DNA of 63,912 nt, counting the filler, from Collodictyon triciliatum (taxonomy: Eukaryota): NCBI GenBank assembly GCA_043381765.1. It is 6 parts of 6 records of this genome, joined end to end, with 100 filler letters (N's around TTAATTAATTAA, not from the genome) between each part and the next. Parts side by side here need not be neighbours in the genome. Positions count along the whole stretch, not along the records: positions 16,504 to 32,875 come from JBHJMP010001555.1; positions 32,976 to 49,324 come from JBHJMP010001556.1; 4 more parts are not named here. One strand, written 5' to 3'. Of this stretch, positions 27,201 to 40,600 are shown one piece after another. Position 1 is the first letter of the stretch, and each line of letters opens with the position of its first letter. Under the pieces are notes generated by a model. It saw only the letters and a program-made list of their open reading frames with translations, had not been told where the DNA came from and did not search any database. The position numbers and the translations under genes were made by a program.

Positions 27201-30200
27201 CTGTCCAGTGCATCTTCATTTGAGATGTCGAGTTCGATGTGCCTAATAGGTTTTTGCATGCCTACAAGAGTCCGTAATTCAACCGAGGTGGATGGAAAGT
27301 CATCCAAGATACATCCTACAGAGTAGTGTTAAAACAATGACCTTATGTCTTTCTCTAGAGACATACGAATGATAAAAGAAAGTGGGATATTTAATTTGAT
27401 TTCTCCTCTCATGCGCAAGTATTGAATTGCATCAAACACTGAAATAGAAATGATATATAAATGTATAAAAGTATTTACACTCACCCTTGAAGGATACCTC
27501 TACAGACTCAATGGCTTCTTCAAACAATTTTCCTTTCAATTCACTTGTGATTGCTCCTCCATTAGCGAGACAATCGATTACCTATGATGCATGATTTTGT
27601 TGAGCTGCATGAATAATGACATTACGATTCTACAAGAATCGAGTCAATAATATTGCCTGTCTCATTTTATTTTATTATTATTTTTGATCGTTCAAATGGT
27701 TCAGATAATAAGAGAGGGACTTTTTGTACATGTTTTATAGAAACGAAAAATATGTATGACTAATTATAAGACCTTCTCAGAGTGAATACTTCTCCCTTGT
27801 GCAGCCTTTTCGATCAAATCGGCCGGGTTCAAATAGACCATTTTTGTCCTCTCTGCCAGGGCTCTACATAGGGACACATGAGCGGGTATTATCAGTTAAT
27901 TAGAACTGTGATTTTGAAAATGCATTATGTGGATGGAAAAGTTTTAAGGTCACCAACTTTGCAACTTCTGTTTTGCCGCAGCCAGGTTTCCCAGATACCA
28001 ATATGCACCAGCTTTCAGTGTGTGCTTCAGCTATTTCCTCATCGTTTACCTCGAAGAAATCGCGCTTGTATGGATTCTTTTCAAAGGCATTATCCCCCTC
28101 CGATTTATCAGACGGTTTTTCAACAAATGTGGCATCCTGGATTACTCCCAAAGTGGATGAGAATGTATTATTTGGGGTATACATATATGAGATACTAAGC
28201 ATTAAACTTATATGAGGTGGCTATACATTTAGTACGATAACATGCGATGATAGATTTGCTACACAAATGGGGAGACATACCACAGTTTCTTCGCTGGGCA
28301 GCATGAATGGAAATGAAGTCGTCTTTGGAGTGACAAAGTCAGCCATACTCTGTCGAAATGAAAGTATGTCTTTCGGCGTGAATATATCTGTCTTTATTTC
28401 CAACGGCTTCGGTGTCATGATGGGGTTAGTGCCAAGGAGATAGGATGTAATACTAGTTCGGCGCAACAGGATGCTAATATCAGCAACATTGTGCAAGCTC
28501 TAAATAGAGATACGTTAAATTCGATTCATCGTAAAATAAGCAGGAGTGTATTTCGTATAGTAGAAGTAGGAACTCACCCGTCGCTCACGAAGAGACGCTC
28601 TAGTGCTCCGACCATAATCGGTTGTTGGGGAAGACGTATTCGGAAGTCCAGGGAGGGTACCAAGAGACATACGACTTGATGACATCGTCTGCGATATTCT
28701 GCCTGTGGTATGACTTGTGTCTACCGCTTTTATGGAGTTTCGTCCGAATGCTCTTGAGTCTGAGGTAGAGCGCGCTAGAGAAAAAAACATTGTTTTTTGT
28801 TTAATAATGAAAGCTTACCTACTTTCCATCTCAGAGAAAAAAAATCATATGTAGAAGGGAGTGTGTGTCAAAGAGTTACTGAGAAATCACACCTTATCGT
28901 GATGGTTTTTGAGAATGGTTATATAAATATAAAACCTCGTCCAGAAACCCGTGAAACATCAAGTCCGGAGAGTACGTCACGACTTGGACTAAATGCAGCA
29001 TTTCCTTCAGCCAACGGAGAACGATCCACTAATTGGCGATGCAGATCATCGTATGTGTTTTTTCGAGTTGTCGAGGTCGGTGTTTGGCTACCCGATGGAG
29101 TTGCCTGCTCCTCCTCATCCACATAATCACCATCATTATCGCCTTCTTCTCGCTGCTCTGCATGCAAGTCTGAAGAACGGATCTGCATTGATTGGAGGAA
29201 AGATGTCGGAAAGTAGATATATGTCGATATATTGTTCGATAGATTGTATGTTGTGGTGCTGTAAGATGCATGTAAATAGAAAAAGGTCGTGTAATAACCT
29301 CGTCATCGGGGTCTTCTTGTTCGCTCTGAATGGGAATTACACCAGAGACGGACCGTAGGAAGGATGTGAACTGGCTTACTTTGGATATTCCTGCGGATTT
29401 CACTGCGTTCCATGTTTCCATCGCGCCTGGTCTATATGACATGCGCGTCGTCAGAGCAATATGAATTTCATAGATTTTTGATTTGAGGGCCAGGGAATAG
29501 TAAATAATATAAACACGGAGTATATACTACAAATTCTTTCATTTCGATATGGATATACCAGCATAAGTAATTAATAACGCTTACGCAAATGAGGCCTGCG
29601 TTTCAATGATGGGTGGTATATTTAGTCTGGCAAAGCCTCCGTCAGTTGATACGTCAGTGTCTCCATCATAATTTGTTTCGTTTCTGCTAACACTAATGCC
29701 ATTTGATAACTCTGATCTGCTCTCTCTTCGGTTTTCTGCCTTTGATATTCGGCGCTTCGCTTGTGGGCTTTCCCCTCTTTTTTCGTCCGCAGTTTGCGAC
29801 GTTTCATGCGCCGATGCTGATACATCGTTCACGGATTCGTTCGTTTCTTCTGCCAAAGTTGGTAAGGACACATCATGAGCCTTTGTATCCATGTCGAGCA
29901 CTTTGCTGGCATTTGGTTCGTGATTGCTTTCATTCACTTCTGAGTTTGAAACGACACCACCGAGTGCCTGTATCTCCAGTTCGTGGTCTCTTTCGATTTC
30001 TACATTTGGCGTTTCGAAATGCAACAATACTCAGTATTCCACCAGCAAAGAAACGATAATAATGAGTGATACTGATGGATAGTGATAATAGTGATAGCAT
30101 TAACATATTCAAAAAATAACAACTAAAGAATGGAAAAATTGCTCTGGTATAGATCAAAGGTGAGTGTCTAAAACCCAAAAGCAATCGTAAGGATGGGTTG

Positions 30201-31971
30201 GGTGAGATGAGTTGATTTTATTACAGGCTGATTACCGGAATGATTGGCCCATGCGTAACGGTATTTGAGTGCACCTTCAGGAAGTGATAGTTTTGGTGAA
30301 CTGTCTTCATCGACGCGTTCACGAGCAACCAGTTGCTTAACAGAACCATCGGCCATGGTCACAACCTTGATGGTGATTCGACGGAAGAGTTTTCTTAAGA
30401 ACCGAGCATAGCTGTTATTCAATCAAGAAAGAAGTTAGACGTGAAAAAAAAGGGTCATATTATTTACATATGCCTTATATTTTAGATGAAGTGATGAATT
30501 TACTCTTCAGCGTCAATGCTATCACACCAAAGGTCAGCAATTTCGAATATGGAGTCGGTGAATTGCCGATAGTCCATTGTGTCAGACCCACGCGTGTCGT
30601 TCTCCCAATCTTCCTGTATTATTTGGTTCATGAGAACTGAAAAATATCATATTCACCAAAAAAAAATAATGAGATAATAAGACAAAGTAATGAGGATTCT
30701 TCAATGTATAGGCGTGGCGAATATTAATTATTTGATGTGATTTTTTTCCATAAATCGGAAATATTTTGACTCCCTTTTTTTTTCCACTGAAGAGATATAT
30801 GAAAGTAAAAATAGTCCTCGTATGGGAGGAGAGGGAAAATACCACTAATGATAATGGAAGTATTTGGATGAAATGCCTACAATCGCCACTTGTCTAGATT
30901 CGCTGATTGTGATGTTAGGTATGAGTGCCTTGTTGATACACATATTCACTCTGACATATTGGTCCTTCGATATGTGGTTTTTTGAATCCTTGCTGTAGGC
31001 ATTCCAGAACTGTATTGACATGGAGATTGAGTATGATAATTTTTGATAAATTTTAATCTATCATATGTTCACTTTATTTTTGTATTATAAAGTGCTTGTT
31101 GAAATGATTATTTCTGCGTTAAATGAAATAAGGTGAGTTGGAAAGAGAGAATAAGACCCTCGGAATAAATTCGGCATAATTCAACTTTCGACCGAGTAAA
31201 AAAAAAAGTAAGATGTACTCACTCTTTTGATAGACTCCACCACGACTGGGTCCTTCTTAAGTCTCCTTCGCTTGGCAATATTGTCTGGTGTATTATACTC
31301 CATATTTCCCTGTAGAAAATATCTGCACACACAATTTCATGATTAATTCCATCGAAATGTTTTCATGTGATCACATAATCCTAAAAGAAGAAAGAAAGAA
31401 AGACAGGAAACGCTTTCATTCCGCCACCATAAATATCATCATTTAGAGCAAGATCAACACCGGTTCCTGAATCAAACTCATGTATCAATACAAATCTAAG
31501 GAGACATGAAAAATGGGAGTCAAATGTGACCAAGCACAACCAAACAGAGTTCAAATGAGTGCATAAATCAGAGATAAACAACATACATTGACAATTACAC
31601 ACGAAAAAAAAAGGCCAGAAAAAAGGCAGAAAAAAAAAAGCAGAATGGGCAGAAAAGGCAGAAACGTACGGGACGGCATCAGGTGTAGCCTTTTCCCTTT
31701 CCACAAAGTCAAACTCCGCCTCGTCCTCCGGTGCTTCAGTCTCGGCTTCTTCGCGCCGCTTTGTGCGGTGTGAATCGGCCTGATCGTCGGCGGGTTTCTG
31801 TTGCCGTCCGGCTTTGACGCGCACACTCTGTGACGATTGAATCGGTCGGCGGTTCTGCTTCTGAGACTCCCCGCGTGGCGTGGAATCGGCCGAGTTCTTC
31901 CCTTTTCCCTGCCCGCTCTTGCGCGCAGAGCCCACGGACGAAGGGTGGCTTGTGATCTTGTGCCGCGGCAT
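19615..31971 (-). CDS. AK9: Adenylate kinase 9-like multi-domain axonemal kinase with a ~700-aa N-terminal extension (EF-hand-like domain plus low-complexity linker)
   Basis: P-loops ILVSGKPGCGKT, LAILGPPLSGKST, a degenerate VLIQGTEGSNK and LIVLGQPKSGKST. YHS-like repeats ENCPVTY, GNYCPVAL, GEYCPVSY and KGYCPVTF. C-terminus LPTLGYFEQ...KFVALHMKAHN. Eleven upstream exons from ATG 31971 join in frame with no stop. The AK9 portion (19615-28136) is secure; the fusion is somewhat less so. Confidence 0.88.
21208..21313. repeat. (AAT)n/(AAAT)n repeat in an AK9 intron
   Basis: Direct reading. Confidence 0.95.
22115..22213. repeat. (TTCAA)n repeat in an AK9 intron
   Basis: Direct reading. Confidence 0.95.
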
Positions 31972-32507
31972 TTTTCTGTGGCCGAGGCTGTTGATGAAAA
32001 CAATATGAATAAAAAAATATAAAAAAAACATGAAAGACAGCAGAATATATATATATATACAAAAGGATAGAACAATAGTCATTGCGATGGATCTATGTGA
32101 AAGAGTCACGAGAGATTGAAAATAAAGGGCATGGAAGTAACCCATGAAGGTAAGAGAAGCAGATCGTCGAAAAAACACAGCGCTGCGAAAACCCGCCGTC
32201 GATCGCCTTCGTGTCATTGTAAAGCGTTGCTTATGCCATTTGTTAAATGGCGCTGTCCAGAATAGGTTGCCGTTAAAATCATTCAGCGCATAAGTTCAGT
32301 GCTTTATCCAGAAATAGAATTTTCAAATACCATGACTTATCTTCATGTGGAATATTTGTGACAATCTTTTTTCTTTTTTTTCTCTGTGCTCCAGCATCCA
32401 CGAACGCAGCTTTTCCGTCTAGATCTCTGGTCAAAAGACAACGCAACACGCTGGCATAACTCTGTTCTTGGCAGCTGATAAGGCCCTCAAACTCGCAAGG
32501 AAGATCC

Positions 32508-32720
32508 ATGAACCTGCAAGATGCGATTCTTGAGGCGATCAGTGTGCAGCCCGTGCAGTCTGCTGATGCGCAGGTGATGCGATTCACAACGCCGCCGTAC
32601 TTGCAGCCTGTCCTTGTGCAGGACATTGGGAGGCGCCACGTGGTCAAGATGGTCTCGAGTCCGCACCAGTCCTGTACTGTGCTCCCAGAACCCGCTGTGC
32701 TTCCTTTATGCAATCAGCCA
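32508..32720 (+). CDS. Probable first coding exon of an unidentified gene, truncated by the linker
   Basis: GC-balanced ORF MNLQDAILEAISVQPVQSADAQ... followed by a GT donor and a T-rich (CTATTCTT)n repeat; divergent from the AK9 gene; no recognisable motif. Confidence 0.35.
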
Positions 32721-32875
32721 GTATATCGTGGGGAAAAGATGAAATCTATTCTTCTATTCTTCTATTCTTCTATTCTTCTATTCTTCTATTCTTCTATTCT
32801 TCTATTCTTCTATTCTTCTATTCTTCTATTCTTCTATTCTTCTATTCTTCTATTCTTCTATTCTTCTATTCTTCT

Positions 32876-32975
32876 NNNNNNNNNNNNNNNNNNNNNNNNN
32901 NNNNNNNNNNNNNNNNNNNTTAATTAATTAANNNNNNNNNNNNNNNNNNNNNNNNNNNNNNNNNNNNNNNNNNNN
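32876..32975. other. Artificial contig linker
   Basis: N44-TTAATTAATTAA-N44. Confidence 0.95.
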
Positions 32976-32976
32976 A

Positions 32977-33060
<84 letters not shown>

Positions 33061-33315
33061 AAAGAGAGAGAAAAGAGAGAGAAAAGAGAGAGAGAAAAGA
33101 GAGAGAGAGAGAGAAAAGAGAGAGAGAGAGAGAGAGAAAAGAGAGAAAAAAGAGCCACGATCAAGAAGACAGACTCGTTCTTTCTCGACAAGTGTCTTTG
33201 TGGGGATGCACAAGCCATGATATGTGTGTATGCCTTTGCTTGAACATTCGACTGTAGAGCAAGGTGCCTGGTTTGATCGTGGGTGGTTTCTCGGGCGTGG
33301 GCGTCGGGTGCTTAC

Positions 33316-33417
33316 CTTGACGTGGTTGCAGGTTTTCATTTCGTCCTTTGACCCCGACGAAGAGGCGCCGCCGCCACCCGCAGGCTTCTTTCCTCCGGCC
33401 TTCCCTTTTCCACTCAT
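33316..33417 (-). CDS. PIN4: Parvulin-14/PIN4 prolyl isomerase, exon 1 only (the rest is lost at the linker)
   Basis: MSGKGKAGGKKPAGGGGASSSGSKDEMKTCNHVK|gtaagc resembles the basic Gly/Lys N-terminus of Par14 up to the 'VKVRHILC' motif. Confidence 0.75.
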
Positions 33418-33477
33418 CTCTCGTTTGGCAGCTCCTTTTTGTCTTTTTTTTTTTTTTTTTTTTTTTTTTTTCTTTTT

Positions 33478-33516
<39 letters not shown>

Positions 33517-34646
33517 TCAAACTTTAGAAGCTTTGTTTTTAGTTTTGTCTGTCAGTCTTGGTTTTCCCAGAGGGAATACGCCGGTTCTTGATTAATTTTT
33601 TTTTTTTTGGCTGAAATGAATACCATCAAACGCATTACATACAAACGCATCATCTTCCTTCCATTTCCTCACCACATTTGCGATATGGCGGATGGCAGCT
33701 GTGAGCACAGCTCTTTTGCATGAAGCTGGTCAGCCTTTCTCAGGTGTGGCCCTGTATTGAGATAACCCCCGATTCTTAAGGCGGTGCATCTGCAATCTGC
33801 AATAGTAATACGTTGCAGTCCAGAGAACTCTTGGGCTAGTGCAATGCCCCAGCAAGAACTCCGTCCGGGTGTTTGGCAGGCGTGCGGTCAATGCTTTCGC
33901 TCGAGCCTGTTTCATGATTGCATGATTCTCTCCCTCAAAGTCTGGTTTTCACAGGGTGGGGAGTGGGCAATCAAGAGAAATGCGGGTGCAAATGGTAACT
34001 GAGCCGATAGAATCGCATCACACCTCGTACATAGGGTGTGGACCAGTCAGACTAGATCATCTGCCCGATGCGAGTAAGGTGATTTTTTTTGTCCATCTTT
34101 TTTTATGTGTGGGGTCATAACAGGCCTTGTCCTTGCCTTGTCAGCCAAGTGCCCAACAACTAGCCACATCTTAGCGAGGTTCAGAAAATAAAATCCAGCT
34201 TATGAAATTTAAAAAGGAGTTTTTCAGAAGGGTTGTGTCACAAAAAGGCTGAGAGAATTGAGAGAGCACATTGGCGCAATATGAAACACAATTTAATTGA
34301 GCGATGGGCATATGACGACGGGTTACTTTGTCCAAGCCAGTTTGCTAATTGAATATAAGTTTGTACTGAACTTGGGAATAAACGAATGACCTCGAGAGCC
34401 CTAATCACGAGCAGCTATTTTTTCTTAAATACAAATAGCTCAAATCCATTTTAGCCTTACTTGTTAAGTACATCGCTAGAATTCGATATTTGAGAAAAAT
34501 TGGTTTATTTAATTATCCATTTCGTTCAAATGAAGAGGTTTGAAGTAGGTGATCAAAAGAATATAAAAAGGCAATACTAAATATTGATAGCCTTTCTAGC
34601 TAGGCTTCTAGGTAGAAAGGAAACTGTCGCAAAACTGACACAAATC

Positions 34647-37600
34647 TTAGATATATGATGCATTTGGATCTAATTCTACGGGGCTCCAGTCTATATTGCT
34701 GATGAAGTTGGTCCAGGGATCAAGAGTAGGCTTGACATAGTAACATATATCGCCATGATTAATTTCACGTGAGATATAGTAGCTGGAGATGACGGGGTGT
34801 TGCTTCATCACAGACTCCATTAACTAATATTATTTAGGCGGAAAAAGGGCGAAATTAGAGCTTTTTAAAATATTTGGCATAAGCTGAATATAACCCTTTT
34901 TTTTTAAAAAAAAAAAAAAAGTTTCTCCAAAACATATTCTATATGAAAGGTTAAGTTAACCTGCACTTGTCTATTCGCTCCTTTCAAGCACCCAAATCGA
35001 CATTCTTCAACTATTTTAGAAAATTATCGTTGTCTCTCAAATGTATGATCTTTGAATATTTTTTTGTTGCAAATACAAAATAGAATGTGCACAAACTGAT
35101 ACGATTTAAATAGAGTACCAGTTCGTCCTATTCGGTCGTACGAAAACCTTGTTTCACCTAGTGTTTGTATGGAACTTCAAATTAAAAAGTATATATGCTG
35201 TTAATTGTGCCCATGAAATAAAACTGCATGAATTTCTACTTAATAAATTGGTGCTTTTTTTTTTTAATGATTATTTATGGTCTTGTAATTCTTGTTTTTG
35301 AAATATTCAGCTATGCTTATCGTATCTACCTATAATTCCGTGCTCTGATTCCCCGTAGGAAATCGCACAAGAGAGATGCACCTCTTTGCTATTAGCAAAA
35401 GTGTATGAAGAGAAAAAATGTTGAACCTAATTTTGGTTGAATATATTAATGTTATTGGAATCAGTCGTTAGCGAACAGAGGGAAAGATACCATGATTTGC
35501 TCAAATCAAGACCTGATTTAAAGAAATTTGATCATCTTTCTTTCATTCTTAAAATGATGAAATAAGACTTTTCCATATTTAACCAATATGAAAATATGTT
35601 TTATATCTAGTGGCCTGTAATATTTTTTTCAAAGCAATCTAAATAGTTAAATATCTAAGACTGAGGTGATGTTAAGGCGGAATGGCACAAACCTCGAAGC
35701 AAAAATTCAACATTTGCTCAAGCTCCTTGTCTGAATACGACGACTTGGGTACCTTCGTGATCTAATTATTGGATATCAGACTTTTTTAAAAGTTTTTTTT
35801 TTAAAAAAAAAAATCTCTCAGTACCAAAGAATAAATTAGGCTGATGAAAGTGAATCAATGGGTTTAATAGTGTGTAATTGTACCATAATTGCAGAACCGT
35901 ACGTTTTTGCGACATCTAGATTGTAAAATTCAGCAGCATCTTGTATGACTCCAAATGTTTCTATCAAAATCAAGTAAATAAGAAACAATAATTTAAAAAG
36001 AAAAGAAGAAAAGACGATAAAAAACATATGCAACTGGAATTCATAGTTACTTTCTATTATTCCAATTGAATTAGATATAGTTTCTGCATGCGCAATATCG
36101 ACGAAGTTTGAAACATAGAACCAAATTATGTAAGCAGATGACTCCACGACATCAGAAATGTGTTCACCGCGTCGAATTTTTGAATAGATTGATGCGGGAA
36201 CGACAGATTCCAAAAAAACTTCCAACTTTTTTAGTTCAAGCATAACACGGTTCATTTCCTAAGTGACATCATATAAACATAATGAATAATAAATAATAAT
36301 AAATAATAATAAATAATAATAAATAATAATAAATAATAATAAATAATAATAAATAATAATAAATAATAATAAATAATAAATAATAATAAATAATAATAAA
36401 TAATAATAAATAATAAATAATAAATAATAAATAATAAATAATAATAATAAATAATAATAATAAATAATAAATAATAAATTGTAAATATGTAAATAATTGG
36501 GTCATGCAATATATGCGAAGGAATGGAAGGGGGAGGGTGCATACCATTTGCTCTTGTATTTTTGATTGGATTTGTTTTGAAAATGTGATGCACTTATGCT
36601 TGTTGATGAATATTCCGCCAAGCAAGAGTGCTCCAGGATAGAAGGCGATGTTGAAAATTGCTCCAAAAAGGGACAATCTGAGATAAGTGTACATAATACT
36701 TGAATTATTTTCGAAATGAATAGCTGTACGTGTATATATATATATATATGGAGGAATATCCTACGCATGATCTACGACGTTTGATTTTTCCCTAATTATT
36801 GAATCGTACCCTATATATTCATGAAGCAAAAGGTAAAGCCTTGACATGTAGAGCATCCAAATAGCCATCGTCCATCGAAAAAAAGTGGTACTTATGTTGG
36901 GTCCAGATAGGAAAACAAAAATGAAGGTGAAAGACTCATTAATGATGAAAAAGAATGCATATGACGAAGCTCCATCGGTGATGAGAACCCAGATATAGTA
37001 CTCGTGTTTGCAAATGATAAATAAACCATAGATGATGAAAAACACTCTGTTCATGTCTGTGAATCGTGATAAATGCCAAGAAATTGTATCTTGTTTAGAG
37101 ATTTGATAGCAAAATACAGCAGTCCAGAGTATGAGCACGTTGAATATTCCATAGCGAATCAAGAAGTAATAAGCCAAATGACTCATATGACTTATTCTAA
37201 CTGCACTAACACTCGTTAAAATAGTAAACTCAACGATTCCCCATACCCAAAAGACAAAAATACCACACGATAGACTAGTTCTGTTATAGAAAGGAAGGAT
37301 AAATATCTGATTTGGTCACGTATTTTTCATCTTCGTCTTTTATAATAAAATACAACGACACAAATGAATTTATCTAGAGGAAATACATAATAAGATAAAA
37401 AAGATATACAAACGTGGTTGTATTTGTTGCTACAAAAGTTGTAGTTTCTCTGTCTGGATCTTCATCAGTTTTTCCATGTAAACAATCAACAGAACTTTGG
37501 GCAAATGCAGAATCTTTCTCAATCGTCTTTAAGGTCAGAATGAAGAAAATGAAAGAATGATTTGAATCAGTAAGTTATCATAAATTCATGATATATCATT

Positions 37601-40600
37601 AAGCAGGTTATGCAACTTCTTACTTTTTTTCTTTTTAATTTTAAATGTTTCAAAATATTTTACATTCTGATCGGGTGCGAACAAAAAGTTTGTGAGGTTA
37701 GACAATGGACTTCGGTCAATCTTAAGGGCCAAGACTGAACTTCCAGGCTCATCGATAAAATTTTCAGTTTCTGTTTCGACATGAATCGGTGTTGCAGAAT
37801 GCATAATCTTGTATACTTTCCGTTCACAGTGGATTCCCACGCAGCACATGGAATAATTAATCTAAAATCAAATATGTTAAATACAAATACGAATGTGTTT
37901 GGAATATTTTACAAAAATTCAATTTTTCTTATCAATGATAACCTTGAGTAATTTTAGAGTGTCATTACAAACGAATGAACATAAATGATCCCCAGATTCG
38001 AAAAATGACATTGTTTCCAAAGAAGTACGAGCTGAGGTGTGTGTTTGTATAGATGAAAAAATCGTTTTAAGATCGATGATTGGTTTGTATTGTAATATAG
38101 AATAATACCAAACAAAATAAGAGAGAAAGCTAGACGTCGACATAATATATCTACGTATTCTNNNNNNNNNNNNNNNNNNNNNNNNNNNNNNNNNNNNNNN
38201 NNNNNNNNNNNNNNNNNNNNNNNNNNNNNNNNNNNNNNNNNNNNNNNNNNNNNNNNNNNNNNNNNNNNNNNNNNNNNNNNNNNNNNNNNNNNNNNNNNNN
38301 NNNNNNNNNNNNNNNNNNNNNNNNNNNNNNNNNNNNNNNNNNNNNNNNNNNNNNNNNNNNNNNNNNNNNNNNNNNNNNNNNNNNNNNNNNNNNNNNNNNN
38401 NNNNNNNNNNNNNNNNNNNNNNNNNNNNNNNNNNNNNNNNNNNNNNNNNNNNNNNNNNNNNNNNNNNATATGCGGAATAGTAGTTAAGTCATAGTTTGCA
38501 AAATACCTCAACCTTTGAGCTTGATTCTGGCGATGCCGATAAAATAAGCAGTTTTTTGAGAAGAAGGTCAACATTGCTTCCATCGGAGGGTGGTTGTTTT
38601 TCTTGAGGAAATAATCCAAAAACTATCTAATATATAAAGAAAATACTATTAAAACCATAGAGACAATAGAAAATTGTGTCATTATAAATAGAGCTTTGAA
38701 TGAGCTGACAAAGAAAAAATGCTAATAGGGGATGATTTGGTAATTTCAAATGAAATATACCATGTACTGATTTCCTTGGGTGAAAAATTATTTATTTATT
38801 TATTCCAAGATGGTCACCATTGTGAATAAATGAAGTTTCAGAACGATTACAATCCAAAATAAATGTGGGTTTAACATAGAGAGGAAACATGAATAGAAAA
38901 TTGTTACCTGATGATTTTATCTTGATGCACTCACAACTATTTTGGTACAAAAATTAGAATAATTAAGATTGAATATATTTAGGAAACAATATGTTCATCG
39001 TCCAAATTCGAGACAAACCTATCGCAGATGGCATCATACTGTCTAATTATATGTATTAAATAAAAGTATTAGCCATTGGTCGTAAACCAAAGGAAAACAA
39101 AAATATATTTGAAATAAATGTACTTATATAACTCTCCTAAAAAGAATGCTTCTCCTCGATGGGCTTGCGCCAAATCGCATACTTTTGTGCGAATTAATAT
39201 TACTGTTGCATCAGATGATATATAATTTGGTACAGACTCGAGCTCGTTCTGTCTCAAAAAGTCTGATATCGGCCTGTTCATATGAAATTAGAATTTCATT
39301 TATAAGATGCATCGTAATAGAATAGTAGTTTTTACCATGGGTATAACCTTTCAAGAACAGAAAGTGTGCGCTTGTGTTCAGAATCGATGAGCTCCTTAAA
39401 GAATTGAATCATTTTATCTTGATCAAACTTTCTAGTGTTTTTACATTAAGATACATGAGAATGCGTCGCTTACACCAAGCAATGTCTATATATTTATGAC
39501 TGAATCTTCGATATTGAGCTTACTTTCTCTCGCTTTTTTCAAGGCTGTAGCATAAAACAAATCCAATCAAGCAGGCTATCCATATTACTGAAGATAAAGA
39601 TAATCCAATGATGATTGGCCACCTGTATAAGTAAAATGAAGTGTACAGCAGGGCTATGATGGAGACCTCGAACAATCGATAACGAAAGAAATTTCGCGCC
39701 AAAGAGCATGATACCTATGGTTTGGAATTTAACTTGAAATAAAACCCCACTTTTTTTTATATATATATATATAGAAAATAGATGCAGGCTATGAAAAAAA
39801 ATTCAAAAAAATGGACGTTTAAGTGCCTCTTTTTATTACCAAAATAATCATTGTTCCGTGAATAGATGGCAACCCGTCTCCTGCGTCAGTTATTACCCAT
39901 GATAGACTTGTGCTTATTATCGAAAACATGCTTAAAGTAACGGCTATATTGAATAATCTATTGTGGATTCAAACATAAACCTTATTATGGTCCTATGGCT
40001 GTTTCAAGTTATCAGAATCGATTTGAGTCAGAAAAATTCGTATGGAAATGGCGTGCCTGTGATAACTGGACTTTGTGAATGTGATATGTAGCCCAATAAT
40101 AGCCATAATGGACTGACATATGTTCAAGACAATAAACCATGATGGGCTAATCGCAAATTGAAAAAAAGAAATAAAAAGAAAATGTATACTATTTAAACCA
40201 ACTACCCGTAAAGTTATCTTTGGGTCACGAATGAAAGATGAATGGAAATAATATTTTGTGACTATAAAGTGGCAGACATAAACCGGCAGAAGGTTACCTG
40301 TTTTTCGATTGAACTGCGACGTAAAAGCATAAAATTGCCAGGAAAGTTCCAAGAAGAATTCTCAAAGGTTTTCTCATGGTATCACGAAAATGCATCTTGA
40401 ATTCATTTTCATGCTCCTCGTTGTCGAACCTGTAAATCAATATTTTCCCCCATTCTATGTTAAGCTGAAGATTTTATAGCCTTATAATCACCAATAATAT
40501 TCCCAAAGATACCAAAGTGTGTATTAATGAACAGAATAGCACGTATGCCTTTTTTTTTTTTTCGTGCTGTGGTTAATAGAAAACGTAAGTTGTAAATGAG

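Noticed and set aside
31400-31415. Possible GC donor in the AK9 extension (AAA|GCGTTT)
   Set aside because: An in-phase GT donor (CCT|GTCTTT) lies 9 nt further on.
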